A DNA stretch of 59,440 nucleotides from an uncultured Candidatus Saccharibacteria bacterium. Its GTDB lineage: Bacteria > Patescibacteriota > Minisyncoccia > Phycocordibacterales > Phycocordibacteraceae. A program made the translations under genes and the position numbers. Below the pieces are notes generated by a model. The model did not search any database. It was not told the origin of the DNA and saw only the letters and a program-made list of their open reading frames with translations. How positions within the stretch are numbered: position 1 is the stretch's first letter; each line of letters opens with the position of its first letter. Of this stretch, positions 8,963-17,191 are shown piece after piece. The stretch is from assembly GCA_964499455.1 (NCBI GenBank), contig CAZCLC010000001.1, positions 1 to 59,440 of the forward strand. Reading direction: 5' to 3'.

Positions 8963-8979
8963 ATACCCTACAAGGGTAT
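8963..8979. promoter_or_regulatory. CsoR/RcnR-type palindromic operator in the repressor-ATPase promoter
   Basis: ATACCCTACAAGGGTAT lies 3 nt after TTGACA (8954-8959) and overlaps TATCAT (8977-8982, 17-nt spacer). It resembles the TACCC..GGGTA operators known for CsoR-family repressors. Confidence 0.7.
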
Positions 8980-8990
8980 CATAGCACAGT

Positions 8991-9266
8991 ATGAAAAAAA
9001 AGAATACATTGAAAAGGAAAATTGGACATCGTTTAAAGATTATTGAAGGGCAGATTAGAGGTCTTGAGAAAATGGTTGAAAATGATACATACTGTATTGA
9101 AATTATTACGCAGACTTCTGCTGCGCGTCATGCACTTTCAGCTATTGAAGATGTACTGTTGGAAAATCATCTTTCTACACACGTTGTTGAACAGATGAAA
9201 GGAAATTCTCAGAAAAGAGCCATTAAAGAAATTCTATCAGTATATATAGTATCTAAAAAGAAATAA
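8991..9266 (+). CDS. csoR: CsoR/RcnR-family metal-sensing transcriptional repressor
   Basis: 91 aa with RLKIIEGQIRGLEKMVE...YCIEIITQTSAARHAL...ENHLSTHV. Ligand positions read C-H-H rather than C-H-C (see findings). Confidence 0.85.
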   Translation: MKKKNTLKRKIGHRLKIIEGQIRGLEKMVENDTYCIEIITQTSAARHALSAIEDVLLENHLSTHVVEQMKGNSQKRAIKEILSVYIVSKKK

Positions 9267-9297
9267 ATCAATTAAATAATCACTTTATATAATTACT

Positions 9298-11388
9298 ATG
9301 CAAAATCATCATAATCATTCATCTGATATGAGTAATGACACAATAAGTTGTTGTTCTGATAATGAACATTCCGACAACGAACATAACGAACATAACGAAC
9401 ATAGTGGACATAATATGGGGCACGGAATGGGTCATGGGTCAGCGCAGATGTATCTGCGTCGGTTTTGGATTGTTACATTTTTACTTATTCCACTCGTGCT
9501 TATTAATAAAACAATTTCTGGATTTATAGGACTTCCTATATCTGGGATTGATATATGGATAGGTTTTGGTGTTGCAACAATTATCTTTGGTTTTTCGTTA
9601 GTATTTTTTAAACACGCATGGCATGAAATAAAAGCACGTCAATACGGAATGATGACATTAGTATCATTAGCTGTTGGCTCTGGATATCTTTTTTCAGTTG
9701 TGTCTACATTTGTATCGTCACTGCATGTACAATTTTATCTTGAAATTTCAACTTTAGTATGGGTATTGCTCTTTGGACATTATCTTGAAGCGAAATCTAG
9801 TGCGGCGGCAGGCGATGCACTATCTGAAATGGCAAAACTTTTGCCAAAAAAAGTGCATAAGTTAATTGGAAACAAAGAAGAAGAAGTTGATATAGAAACT
9901 CTTGTTGAAGGAGATATTGTGATAGTAAAATCTGGTGAAAAAATTCCAGCAGATGGCACAGTAAAAAAAGGAAGTTCTCACGTAGATGAAGCACTTATAA
10001 GCGGAGAATCAAAACCTGTTGAAAAAGGGAAAGGTGACACTGTTGTTGCAGGTTCAATAGTAACTGATGGGTCTCTTATTATAAATCTATCGCGAGTTGG
10101 AGAGAATTCAACAATTGGACAAATTCAGAAACTTATCGCAATGGCACAAAGTACTAAGCCAAGAGCACAAAGAATTGCTGATAAAGCGGCGGCAGTGCTT
10201 ACTTTTACTGCTGGCGGAACCGCTATTCTTACATTAATTGTGTGGTCAGTATTCCTTGGACACCCGTTTGTATTTGCAATGACACTTGCTATTACAGTAC
10301 TGGTTATTGCATGTCCGCACGCGCTTGGGCTAGCTATTCCTACTGTAACGACTATCACTACTTCTCTTGCTGTTAAGAATAATATTTTTATAAAAGATCT
10401 TGCAAAGATTGAGACTATCAAAAAAGTAAATTACGTTGTATTTGATAAAACAGGGACTCTTACAAAAGGTATATTTGGTGTTACAACAATAGAAATAATT
10501 AATGATACAAATAAAGACGATGTGCTTAGTATCGCTGCTTCTCTTGAACAGCAGTCCTCACATATTATTGGGCAATCAATTGTTAAGTATGCAAAAGAAC
10601 AAAAAACAAAACTTGAACAAATAGATAACTTCAAAAACTTTGCTGGAAAGGGGATTTCCGCGACTATTTCAGGGAAAGAATATCGTGTAGGAAATATGAT
10701 ATTTATGAAAGACATCGGTGTTCTTACTGATAAAGTAAAAGAAATACATGATGCTGTTTCAAAAAAAGGTATAACAACTGTGTTGATTGCAGATACAACA
10801 CAGGTGCTTGGTATAATTGGTCTCGCTGATGAAATAAAACAAGAATCTTATAATGTTGTGAAAGGGCTTCATACTTTAGGTATAAAAGTTGCAATGCTTA
10901 CAGGAGATAATAATGCAGTTGCAAAAAACGTTGCTGATACTCTTGGTATAGATACTTATTTTGCGGAAACTCTTCCAGAAGATAAATACCGTAATATAAA
11001 AGATCTTCAAGACAATGGAAACATAGTATTAATGGTTGGTGATGGTGTAAATGATGCACCATCACTTGCACAAGCGGACGTTGGTGTGGCAATCGGTGCT
11101 GGAACTGATGTTGCCATAGACGCAGGTGATATTGTATTAACCAAAAGCAATCCTGAGGATATAGTACGACTTATGGTACTTGGAAAAAAAGTGCATAGAA
11201 AGATTATAGAGAATCTTGTATGGGCGCTTGGCTATAACATTATTGCAATACCTGCAGCAGCCGGTATTTTTGCGTTTTGGGGATTCTTCCTACAGCCAGA
11301 AGTTGGTGCTTTACTTATGAGCCTTTCAACCGTAATTGTTGTTGCTAACGCTATGACGTTGAAAAAAACTCGCCTTGAGGTTGCATAA
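9298..11388 (+). CDS. copB: P1B-type heavy-metal ATPase, CopB-like (CPH motif, His-rich N-terminus)
   Basis: His-rich N-terminus (HHNHSS...HNEHNEHSGHNMGHGMGHG). Motifs SGEKIPADG, GESKPV, CPHALGLA, DKTGTLT, GDGVNDAPSL. Confidence 0.9.
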   Translation: MQNHHNHSSDMSNDTISCCSDNEHSDNEHNEHNEHSGHNMGHGMGHGSAQMYLRRFWIVTFLLIPLVLINKTISGFIGLPISGIDIWIGFGVATIIFGFSLVFFKHAWHEIKARQYGMMTLVSLAVGSGYLFSVVSTFVSSLHVQFYLEISTLVWVLLFGHYLEAKSSAAAGDALSEMAKLLPKKVHKLIGNKEEEVDIETLVEGDIVIVKSGEKIPADGTVKKGSSHVDEALISGESKPVEKGKGDTVVAGSIVTDGSLIINLSRVGENSTIGQIQKLIAMAQSTKPRAQRIADKAAAVLTFTAGGTAILTLIVWSVFLGHPFVFAMTLAITVLVIACPHALGLAIPTVTTITTSLAVKNNIFIKDLAKIETIKKVNYVVFDKTGTLTKGIFGVTTIEIINDTNKDDVLSIAASLEQQSSHIIGQSIVKYAKEQKTKLEQIDNFKNFAGKGISATISGKEYRVGNMIFMKDIGVLTDKVKEIHDAVSKKGITTVLIADTTQVLGIIGLADEIKQESYNVVKGLHTLGIKVAMLTGDNNAVAKNVADTLGIDTYFAETLPEDKYRNIKDLQDNGNIVLMVGDGVNDAPSLAQADVGVAIGAGTDVAIDAGDIVLTKSNPEDIVRLMVLGKKVHRKIIENLVWALGYNIIAIPAAAGIFAFWGFFLQPEVGALLMSLSTVIVVANAMTLKKTRLEVA

Positions 11389-11599
11389 GCATTTTAATTA
11401 CATAATACATAATTATAATAGAAGACAAATAATCAAAAAAATAAGAAGTAGGAAGAAGAGATAATACAAAAATTTTTGTATTGATTATTATTAGTGTGAT
11501 CGCGTTACTTCTCATCGGCTTTACCGGTAAGTATAATGAGTTATCAAAGAACACGATACCAAAAAAATATCATAGTGAAATATTTGTATAGTGGTATTG

Positions 11600-12035
11600 G
11601 CGTGCCATATATTACATACCGTGAGTACGGTATAGTAAAAAAATGACAGTGGCGTGCAAGTTGCAAGTCACGCCACAACTTTCGGACCCATTAGAAGCTA
11701 CAGCATTAGGTACTGTAGCTTATTGGATTAATAGCGCCATATGTGTCGGAATAGGTTCGCAGTTTTCCCGAATGCTGTATTGAAACAGAGTACTCTTGGT
11801 ATGTAGGCACCATTGGATTACTAAGCAGCAGTGCTTACTGACTATCAATGTGGTTATTTGCAGATGTTTATGCAATTTCTGTATGTGCGCGCGACTTTGT
11901 AAAACGCACAGGTTTGATAGATATATTTATATATCCAGCATATATTCGTGCGTAACGCGTCGTGCCGCGCAAATAGAGGTCTTAAAGTAATCTGATATGC
12001 ACCGCATGTTTGTCCAAAGGTGGTGCTTTTTTTTT
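11600..12035 (+). ncRNA. Candidate structured RNA or long leader of unknown family upstream of frr
   Basis: Lies in a 680-nt gap with no credible ORF and locally raised GC. Series of stems: 11616-11633, 11649-11676 (8 bp), 11695-11721 (9 bp), 11822-11837, 11884-11910. A terminator-like stem 11999-12026 is followed by T9 (12027-12035). Strand inferred from the T-run. Confidence 0.4.
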
Positions 12036-12070
12036 ATATAATTTTTGATACACTTAAAATATAAATAATT

Positions 12071-12622
12071 ATGATATTTGATTTTAATATTTTGGAAAAG
12101 GATATTGATGAAACAAGAGAACATTTCTCTAAAGAACTTTCTAATATTCGTACAGGTCGTGCTGCACCTATGTTGCTTGATACTGTGCATTTTGAAGTAT
12201 ACGGGACTCGTACTGCACTTCGTGATATTGCATCTGTTTCAGTTGAAGACGCGCGAACACTACGTGTGACTTTATGGGATATATCTCTTATTAAAGTGGT
12301 TGAGAAAGGTATCATTGATGCGGATCTTGGTGTATCAGTTGCCGTAGACGAGCAAGGTTTACGCATTATATTTCCAGATTTAACGACTGAACGTAGAGAA
12401 ATGCTTATTAAACTTATAAAAGAAAAACTTGAACAATCAAAAATTGCAATACGTCATCATCGTACTGAAACAATTAAAAAAATAGATGCACTAGGTAAAA
12501 ATGATGGTATTGGGAAAGATAAAATATTTTCTCTAAAAGAAGATATGAAAAAATATATTGACGTAGGTATTAAATCGCTTGAAACGTTTGCTTCACAAAA
12601 ACAACGCGAAATTTCATTGTGA
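12071..12622 (+). CDS. frr: Ribosome recycling factor
   Basis: 183 aa with ...LSNIRTGRAAPMLLD.V.VEVYG...L..IA.V.V.D.RTL.V..WD... typical of Frr. Confidence 0.95.
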   Translation: MIFDFNILEKDIDETREHFSKELSNIRTGRAAPMLLDTVHFEVYGTRTALRDIASVSVEDARTLRVTLWDISLIKVVEKGIIDADLGVSVAVDEQGLRIIFPDLTTERREMLIKLIKEKLEQSKIAIRHHRTETIKKIDALGKNDGIGKDKIFSLKEDMKKYIDVGIKSLETFASQKQREISL

Positions 12623-13803
12623 TTATTGTTGCTATAGCTTTGGGCATTGGTAAAACCGCATTATTACTAATTGCGGCGCTTGCTATATTAATACTCGTAC
12701 ATGAATTAGGACACTTCATGGCTGCAAAAATGATGAAAATGCGTGTAGATGAATTTGGCTTTGGATACCCACCTCGTATATGGGCAAAAAAGATAGGTAA
12801 GACAGAATATAGTATTAATATATTACCATTTGGTGGTTTTGTACGTATTTATGGAGAAGACGGTGAATCAGATACTACTAAAAATAATAATAATAAAATA
12901 TCTACAATTTCTCATAACGATGATGTACAAAAACAGTCATCCTCAAATACTTTTATAGGTAAACCACGTCTTGCGCAAGCGTTTGTGTTAGTTGCCGGAG
13001 TTACAATGAATGTCGTTTTAGCATGGGTTCTCATCGTTAGTGCTCTTGTAATTGGTGTTCCTCATGCGGTTGTATCAAACGAAGTAGTACCATCACACTC
13101 GTTTTCTTTAGCTGTTGATAATGTGCTTCCAAACTCTCCGGCTGCAATCTCAGGATTAAAGAAAAACGATATTATTGAATCTGCTCATACTAATAACTCA
13201 AAATGGGAAGGTGAGTCACCTGACGCGTTTACTACTCTCGTTACTACACATGTTAATAAACCAATTACAATTACAGTGCTTAGAGGAAACACAATACGTA
13301 CACTTGTTGCAACACCAGCTATAAATGTATCTTCTAAATATCCTAATCGTGCGGTACTCGGATTTACTTTTTCAACACTTGGAACAGTACCAATGTCATT
13401 ACAAGAAGCGTTATCACAAGGCACAACACTTACATGGATTATCTTGCGAGATACAACTATTGGTTTAGGGTTATTTTTTTGGCATATAGTTACATTTTCT
13501 GCAAACTTATCACAGGTTGCCGGTCCTGTTGGTATTGCAGGAGCTATTGGCACTGCTGCTGGACAAGGATTAGGAGATCTCGCATTCCTTATTGCAGTCA
13601 TTTCTATAAATCTTGCAATAATAAACCTAATCCCAATTCCTGCATTAGACGGAGGTCGGCTTTTGTTTGTAGCCATTGAAGCGATTAGGCGACGCTCAAT
13701 AGCACCACGTATAACACATATAGTCAATACTGTCGGTTTTGCACTTCTAATTATTTTAATGGTAGTAGTAACAGTACATGATGTGTTTCGTTTAATTACA
13801 TAA
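12619..13803 (+). CDS. rseP: RIP site-2 metalloprotease RseP (M50) with PDZ domain
   Basis: GTG start overlaps the frr stop (GTGA). Has the HELGHF zinc motif, a central PDZ-like region and the C-terminal NLIPIPALDGG motif. Confidence 0.9.
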   Translation: MIIVAIALGIGKTALLLIAALAILILVHELGHFMAAKMMKMRVDEFGFGYPPRIWAKKIGKTEYSINILPFGGFVRIYGEDGESDTTKNNNNKISTISHNDDVQKQSSSNTFIGKPRLAQAFVLVAGVTMNVVLAWVLIVSALVIGVPHAVVSNEVVPSHSFSLAVDNVLPNSPAAISGLKKNDIIESAHTNNSKWEGESPDAFTTLVTTHVNKPITITVLRGNTIRTLVATPAINVSSKYPNRAVLGFTFSTLGTVPMSLQEALSQGTTLTWIILRDTTIGLGLFFWHIVTFSANLSQVAGPVGIAGAIGTAAGQGLGDLAFLIAVISINLAIINLIPIPALDGGRLLFVAIEAIRRRSIAPRITHIVNTVGFALLIILMVVVTVHDVFRLIT

Positions 13804-13843
13804 TTTTACGACTTGCACAATATCCCGTATACTAAAGAATGTT

Positions 13844-15097
13844 ATGCGTCAATCAATTCTTTTCACTAAAACCCGTCGTGAAGTACCGACAAATGAGCAA
13901 TCAAAAAATGCTATTCTTCTTATTCGTGCAGGATACATACATAAAGAAATTGCAGGAGTATATTCATATTTACCACTTGGGTTACGAGTACTTAACAACA
14001 TCATTGGTATCATTCGTGAAGAAATGAATGCTATTGGTGGACAGGAAGTATTGTTAGCTACATTGCAAGATCCAGATATCTGGAAGGCAAGTGGTAGGTG
14101 GAATGATGAAGTAGTTGATATTTGGTTTAAGACAGTACTTAAAAACGGTGGTGAAGTTGGACTTGCTAATACACACGAAGAGGCACTTACATCAATTATG
14201 ACTGAGCATATTGCTTCATATAAAGACTTACCTCGTTATATATATCAATTTCAAAATAAATTCAGAAATGAGACTCGTGCAAAATCAGGGATTATGCGTA
14301 CACGAGAGTTTATTATGAAGGATTTATACTCTTTTTCTACTGATAAAAAAGAGCATCAACAATTTTATGAGAAAATGGCTAAAGCGTATGAACGTATTTT
14401 TAATAGGGTCGGTATCGGTGAATACACATACCGCACTTTTGCCAGTGGTGGCTCATTCAGTCAATATTCGCATGAATTTCAAACAATATGTGATGCTGGT
14501 GAAGATATTATATTTATTGACGATAATAAAAGAATAGCAATAAATAAAGAAATATATGACGATGAGTATGTATACATTGCAACAGGTGTAGATAAAAAAA
14601 ATCTTCGTAAGGTACGTGCAGCCGAAGTTGGAAATATATTTACTCTTGGTACAAAATTTTCAGATGTACTCGGATTATATTATGAAAATGAAAAAGGGAA
14701 GAAAGTTCCTGTATTTATGGGTAGTTACGGTATTGGGCCAGGAAGACTCATGGGTGTTATTGCTGAACTTTTTTCTGATGAAAAAGGACTTGTATGGACA
14801 AAAGAAACAACTCCGTTTGATGTACACTTACTGTCACTTGATGGTGCTGATGATAGTATCTGTAATTATGCGGAAGCTCTTTATAATGATTTAACCAAAC
14901 GTGGTGTACAAGTACTCTATGATGATCGTAAAATACGTGCTGGTGAAAAATTTGCCGATAGTGATTTATTTGGAATTCCACAACGTATTATTATTGGTAA
15001 AAAAACACTTTCTGAAAATATGTTGGAGTTGGTTGACCGTAGAACAGGTGAAGTAAAATATATATCTCGCGATGCTGTTCTAACGAAATTTATATAA
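13844..15097 (+). CDS. proS: Prolyl-tRNA synthetase, short form without the INS editing domain
   Basis: Bacterial-type N-terminus MRQSILFTKTRREVP..EQSKNAILLIRAGYI...GVYSYLPLG.RVL. Class II motifs present. Only 417 aa. Confidence 0.9.
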   Translation: MRQSILFTKTRREVPTNEQSKNAILLIRAGYIHKEIAGVYSYLPLGLRVLNNIIGIIREEMNAIGGQEVLLATLQDPDIWKASGRWNDEVVDIWFKTVLKNGGEVGLANTHEEALTSIMTEHIASYKDLPRYIYQFQNKFRNETRAKSGIMRTREFIMKDLYSFSTDKKEHQQFYEKMAKAYERIFNRVGIGEYTYRTFASGGSFSQYSHEFQTICDAGEDIIFIDDNKRIAINKEIYDDEYVYIATGVDKKNLRKVRAAEVGNIFTLGTKFSDVLGLYYENEKGKKVPVFMGSYGIGPGRLMGVIAELFSDEKGLVWTKETTPFDVHLLSLDGADDSICNYAEALYNDLTKRGVQVLYDDRKIRAGEKFADSDLFGIPQRIIIGKKTLSENMLELVDRRTGEVKYISRDAVLTKFI

Positions 15098-15104
15098 TTT
15101 ATAT

Positions 15105-16157
15105 ATGGTGAAATTTCACAAAAGTTCTTTTTTTTCAAATGATATAGGTATTGATTTAGGTACTGCAAATACGCTTGTATATGTACGCGGGCGCGGAATT
15201 ATAAGTAATGAACCAACGGTAGTTGCTCTTAATGTAAAAACAAATCAATTGGTTGCAATTGGTCAGTCTGCAAAGAACATGATTGGAAAAACTCCATCAC
15301 ATATACGTGTTGTACGACCTCTTTCTAATGGAATCATTTCTGATTTTGAAATTACTCAAGAACTTCTTGAATATTTTATTCATAAAGCACAAGGAGAACG
15401 TATACGCCTTTTTGGTCCACGTGTTGTTATTGGGGTACCAACTGGTATTACGAATGTAGAGAGCCGCGCAGTACGTGATGCCGCACTTTCTGCAGGTGCG
15501 CGAGAAGTTTTTATTGTTGAAGAGCCGATTGCCGGTGCAATCGGCTCAAAGCTACCAATACAAGAAGCAATTGGTACTATGGTATTAGATATCGGTGGCG
15601 GTACATGTGATATTGCAGTTTTATCACTAAATGGAGCAGTTACAGCAAAAAGTTCTCATATAGCCGGCGATAGATTTAATGAAAATATTATTGAATATAT
15701 TCGTGATGAGTTTCATCTTGCAATAGGTGAGGGTACTGCTGAAGAAATAAAAATAACTGTTGGTTCGGTATTGCCACAATCTGAACCGCTTGCTCGTGCT
15801 GTACGTGGTCGTGATTTAGCAACTGGATTACCACGTGAGATTATTATTACTGATACACATATACGTGAAGCGCTCTCAGCATCACTTGACGGACTTCTTG
15901 ATGCGTTGAAAGAAGTGATTGAACAGACACCACCGGAATTACTATCAGATGTTCTTGAACGTGGTGTTATTATATTTGGAGGCGGAGCACTTTTGCGCGG
16001 TCTTCCAGAATTATTAACTAAAATGCTTGGCGTACCTGTACGAATAGCTCCAGATCCTCTTACTGCAGTTGTACGTGGTACAGGCATAATAACAGAAAAT
16101 ACACATTTATTTAGAGACATTTTCCTACATGAAGAAGAAATTTTATCACAGGCGTAG
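15105..16157 (+). CDS. mreB: Rod-shape protein MreB
   Basis: Actin-fold motifs IGIDLGTANTLVY and DIGGGTCDIAVLS. Followed by mreC. Confidence 0.95.
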   Translation: MVKFHKSSFFSNDIGIDLGTANTLVYVRGRGIISNEPTVVALNVKTNQLVAIGQSAKNMIGKTPSHIRVVRPLSNGIISDFEITQELLEYFIHKAQGERIRLFGPRVVIGVPTGITNVESRAVRDAALSAGAREVFIVEEPIAGAIGSKLPIQEAIGTMVLDIGGGTCDIAVLSLNGAVTAKSSHIAGDRFNENIIEYIRDEFHLAIGEGTAEEIKITVGSVLPQSEPLARAVRGRDLATGLPREIIITDTHIREALSASLDGLLDALKEVIEQTPPELLSDVLERGVIIFGGGALLRGLPELLTKMLGVPVRIAPDPLTAVVRGTGIITENTHLFRDIFLHEEEILSQA

Positions 16158-16923
16158 TGTTTATCTAACACAGCATTCATTTTCAAAAGGCGGTATTATT
16201 CTCGCGATAATAATATTATTGGCGTTATTTCGTATAGTGGCGCCATCTGCATTTTTAACAATTACAACTCCACTATTTTACGTTTCTTCATATGTAAATA
16301 AAAATATGTCATATATTTTCGAGTCTTTAGCACAGAAACAAGAGCTTGTTAAACAAAATAATACGTTTAGACAACATAACCAAGCGCTTCTAAACGAAAA
16401 TAGAGCATTATTAACCAGAATAGATTCTCTTACTGAGCTTTTAGGAACTACAACACCTTCAATACGTGGTGTTGTTGCAAATGTTATTGCTCGTCCTCCA
16501 GAGTCCCCATACGATATGCTCATTATTGACGCAGGTACTAAAGTCGGTAGTACAGTAGGAGATGTGGTTGTTGCTAATGGCGGTATTCCTATCGGTACAA
16601 TTAGTGAAGTTTCTCCATACGTTGCGCGTGTTATATTATTTTCTTCACCAAACGCAACTACAACAGCATGGGTTGGTGCATCTCACTATCCGATTATACT
16701 TAAAGGTACAGGATCTGGAACATTTACAGCTCAAATTATACGGCAAACAAAAGTAATGGTTGATGATATGGTATTTGTTCCCGGTATTCCACAACATGCA
16801 ATTGGAAGAATTGTTCGTATTGATACAGCTCCTGCAGCTGTAATTGAAACACTTCGTATAAAACCGTTTGTAAATATTTTTTCTCTTGCAACAATTCTTG
16901 TAACTCATTATACAATGCCATGA
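16129..16923 (+). CDS. mreC: Rod-shape protein MreC
   Basis: TM anchor, coiled-coil (LVKQNNTFRQHNQALLNENRALLTRIDSL), then a beta-rich domain. Position after mreB. The exact start is uncertain (overlaps the mreB end). Confidence 0.8.
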   Translation: MKKKFYHRRSVYLTQHSFSKGGIILAIIILLALFRIVAPSAFLTITTPLFYVSSYVNKNMSYIFESLAQKQELVKQNNTFRQHNQALLNENRALLTRIDSLTELLGTTTPSIRGVVANVIARPPESPYDMLIIDAGTKVGSTVGDVVVANGGIPIGTISEVSPYVARVILFSSPNATTTAWVGASHYPIILKGTGSGTFTAQIIRQTKVMVDDMVFVPGIPQHAIGRIVRIDTAPAAVIETLRIKPFVNIFSLATILVTHYTMP

Positions 16924-17180
16924 TATATGCTGCTTTTTTTGTTGTAGCTATTTTTTCACCATTTTTGTTTCCATGGCAATACGCAGTTATGATTACAATA
17001 TTCTCATCGTGGAGATATCCTTTTGCGGCACTTGCAGTTGGTATTGAATTTGATGTACTTTATGCTGTTTCAAACGGATCTTTTGTACTGTTTGGAACAC
17101 TCATAGGTGGTGGTATAACAATTACATTATTTTTTATTCAACATATTATGCAAACATATGTGCGTAATAGTAGTGCATAA
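16920..17180 (+). CDS. MreD-like small membrane protein (assigned by position)
   Basis: 86-aa hydrophobic ORF. Its ATG overlaps the mreC stop (ATGA), and it lies between mreC and the PBP2 gene. Confidence 0.45.
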   Translation: MIYAAFFVVAIFSPFLFPWQYAVMITIFSSWRYPFAALAVGIEFDVLYAVSNGSFVLFGTLIGGGITITLFFIQHIMQTYVRNSSA

Positions 17181-17191
17181 TATTTTAGTAA

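Noticed and set aside
11481-11591. 36-aa hydrophobic mini-ORF (TTG start; LIIISVIALLLIGFTGKYNELSKNTIPKKYHSEIFV) downstream of the ATPase gene.
   Set aside because: No convincing RBS at the right distance, a non-ATG start, and too short to evaluate. It could be real but is unsupported.
11540-12035. Identifying the structured gap as tmRNA, RNase P RNA, SRP RNA or a T-box leader.
   Set aside because: No GGAAAGTCC/P4 elements. No 5' GGGG..TTCGAC, 3' T-arm plus ACCA, or plausible ...LAA-stop tag frame. No GGAAGCAGCC-type SRP helix 8. The GGTGGT near the terminator is in the 3' strand of the stem, which is the wrong place for a T-box. The family therefore remains unassigned.
13185-13727. Long shadow ORFs opposite strong genes: 13185-13727, 15713-16186, 38811-39161, 39228-39656, 41234-41629, 50609-51127, 53345-53785 and 53937-54374.
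   Set aside because: Each is antisense to, or out of frame with, a gene carrying unambiguous conserved motifs (rseP, mreB, dnaB, cysS, ftsW, scpB, scpA). Their sequences are low-complexity.
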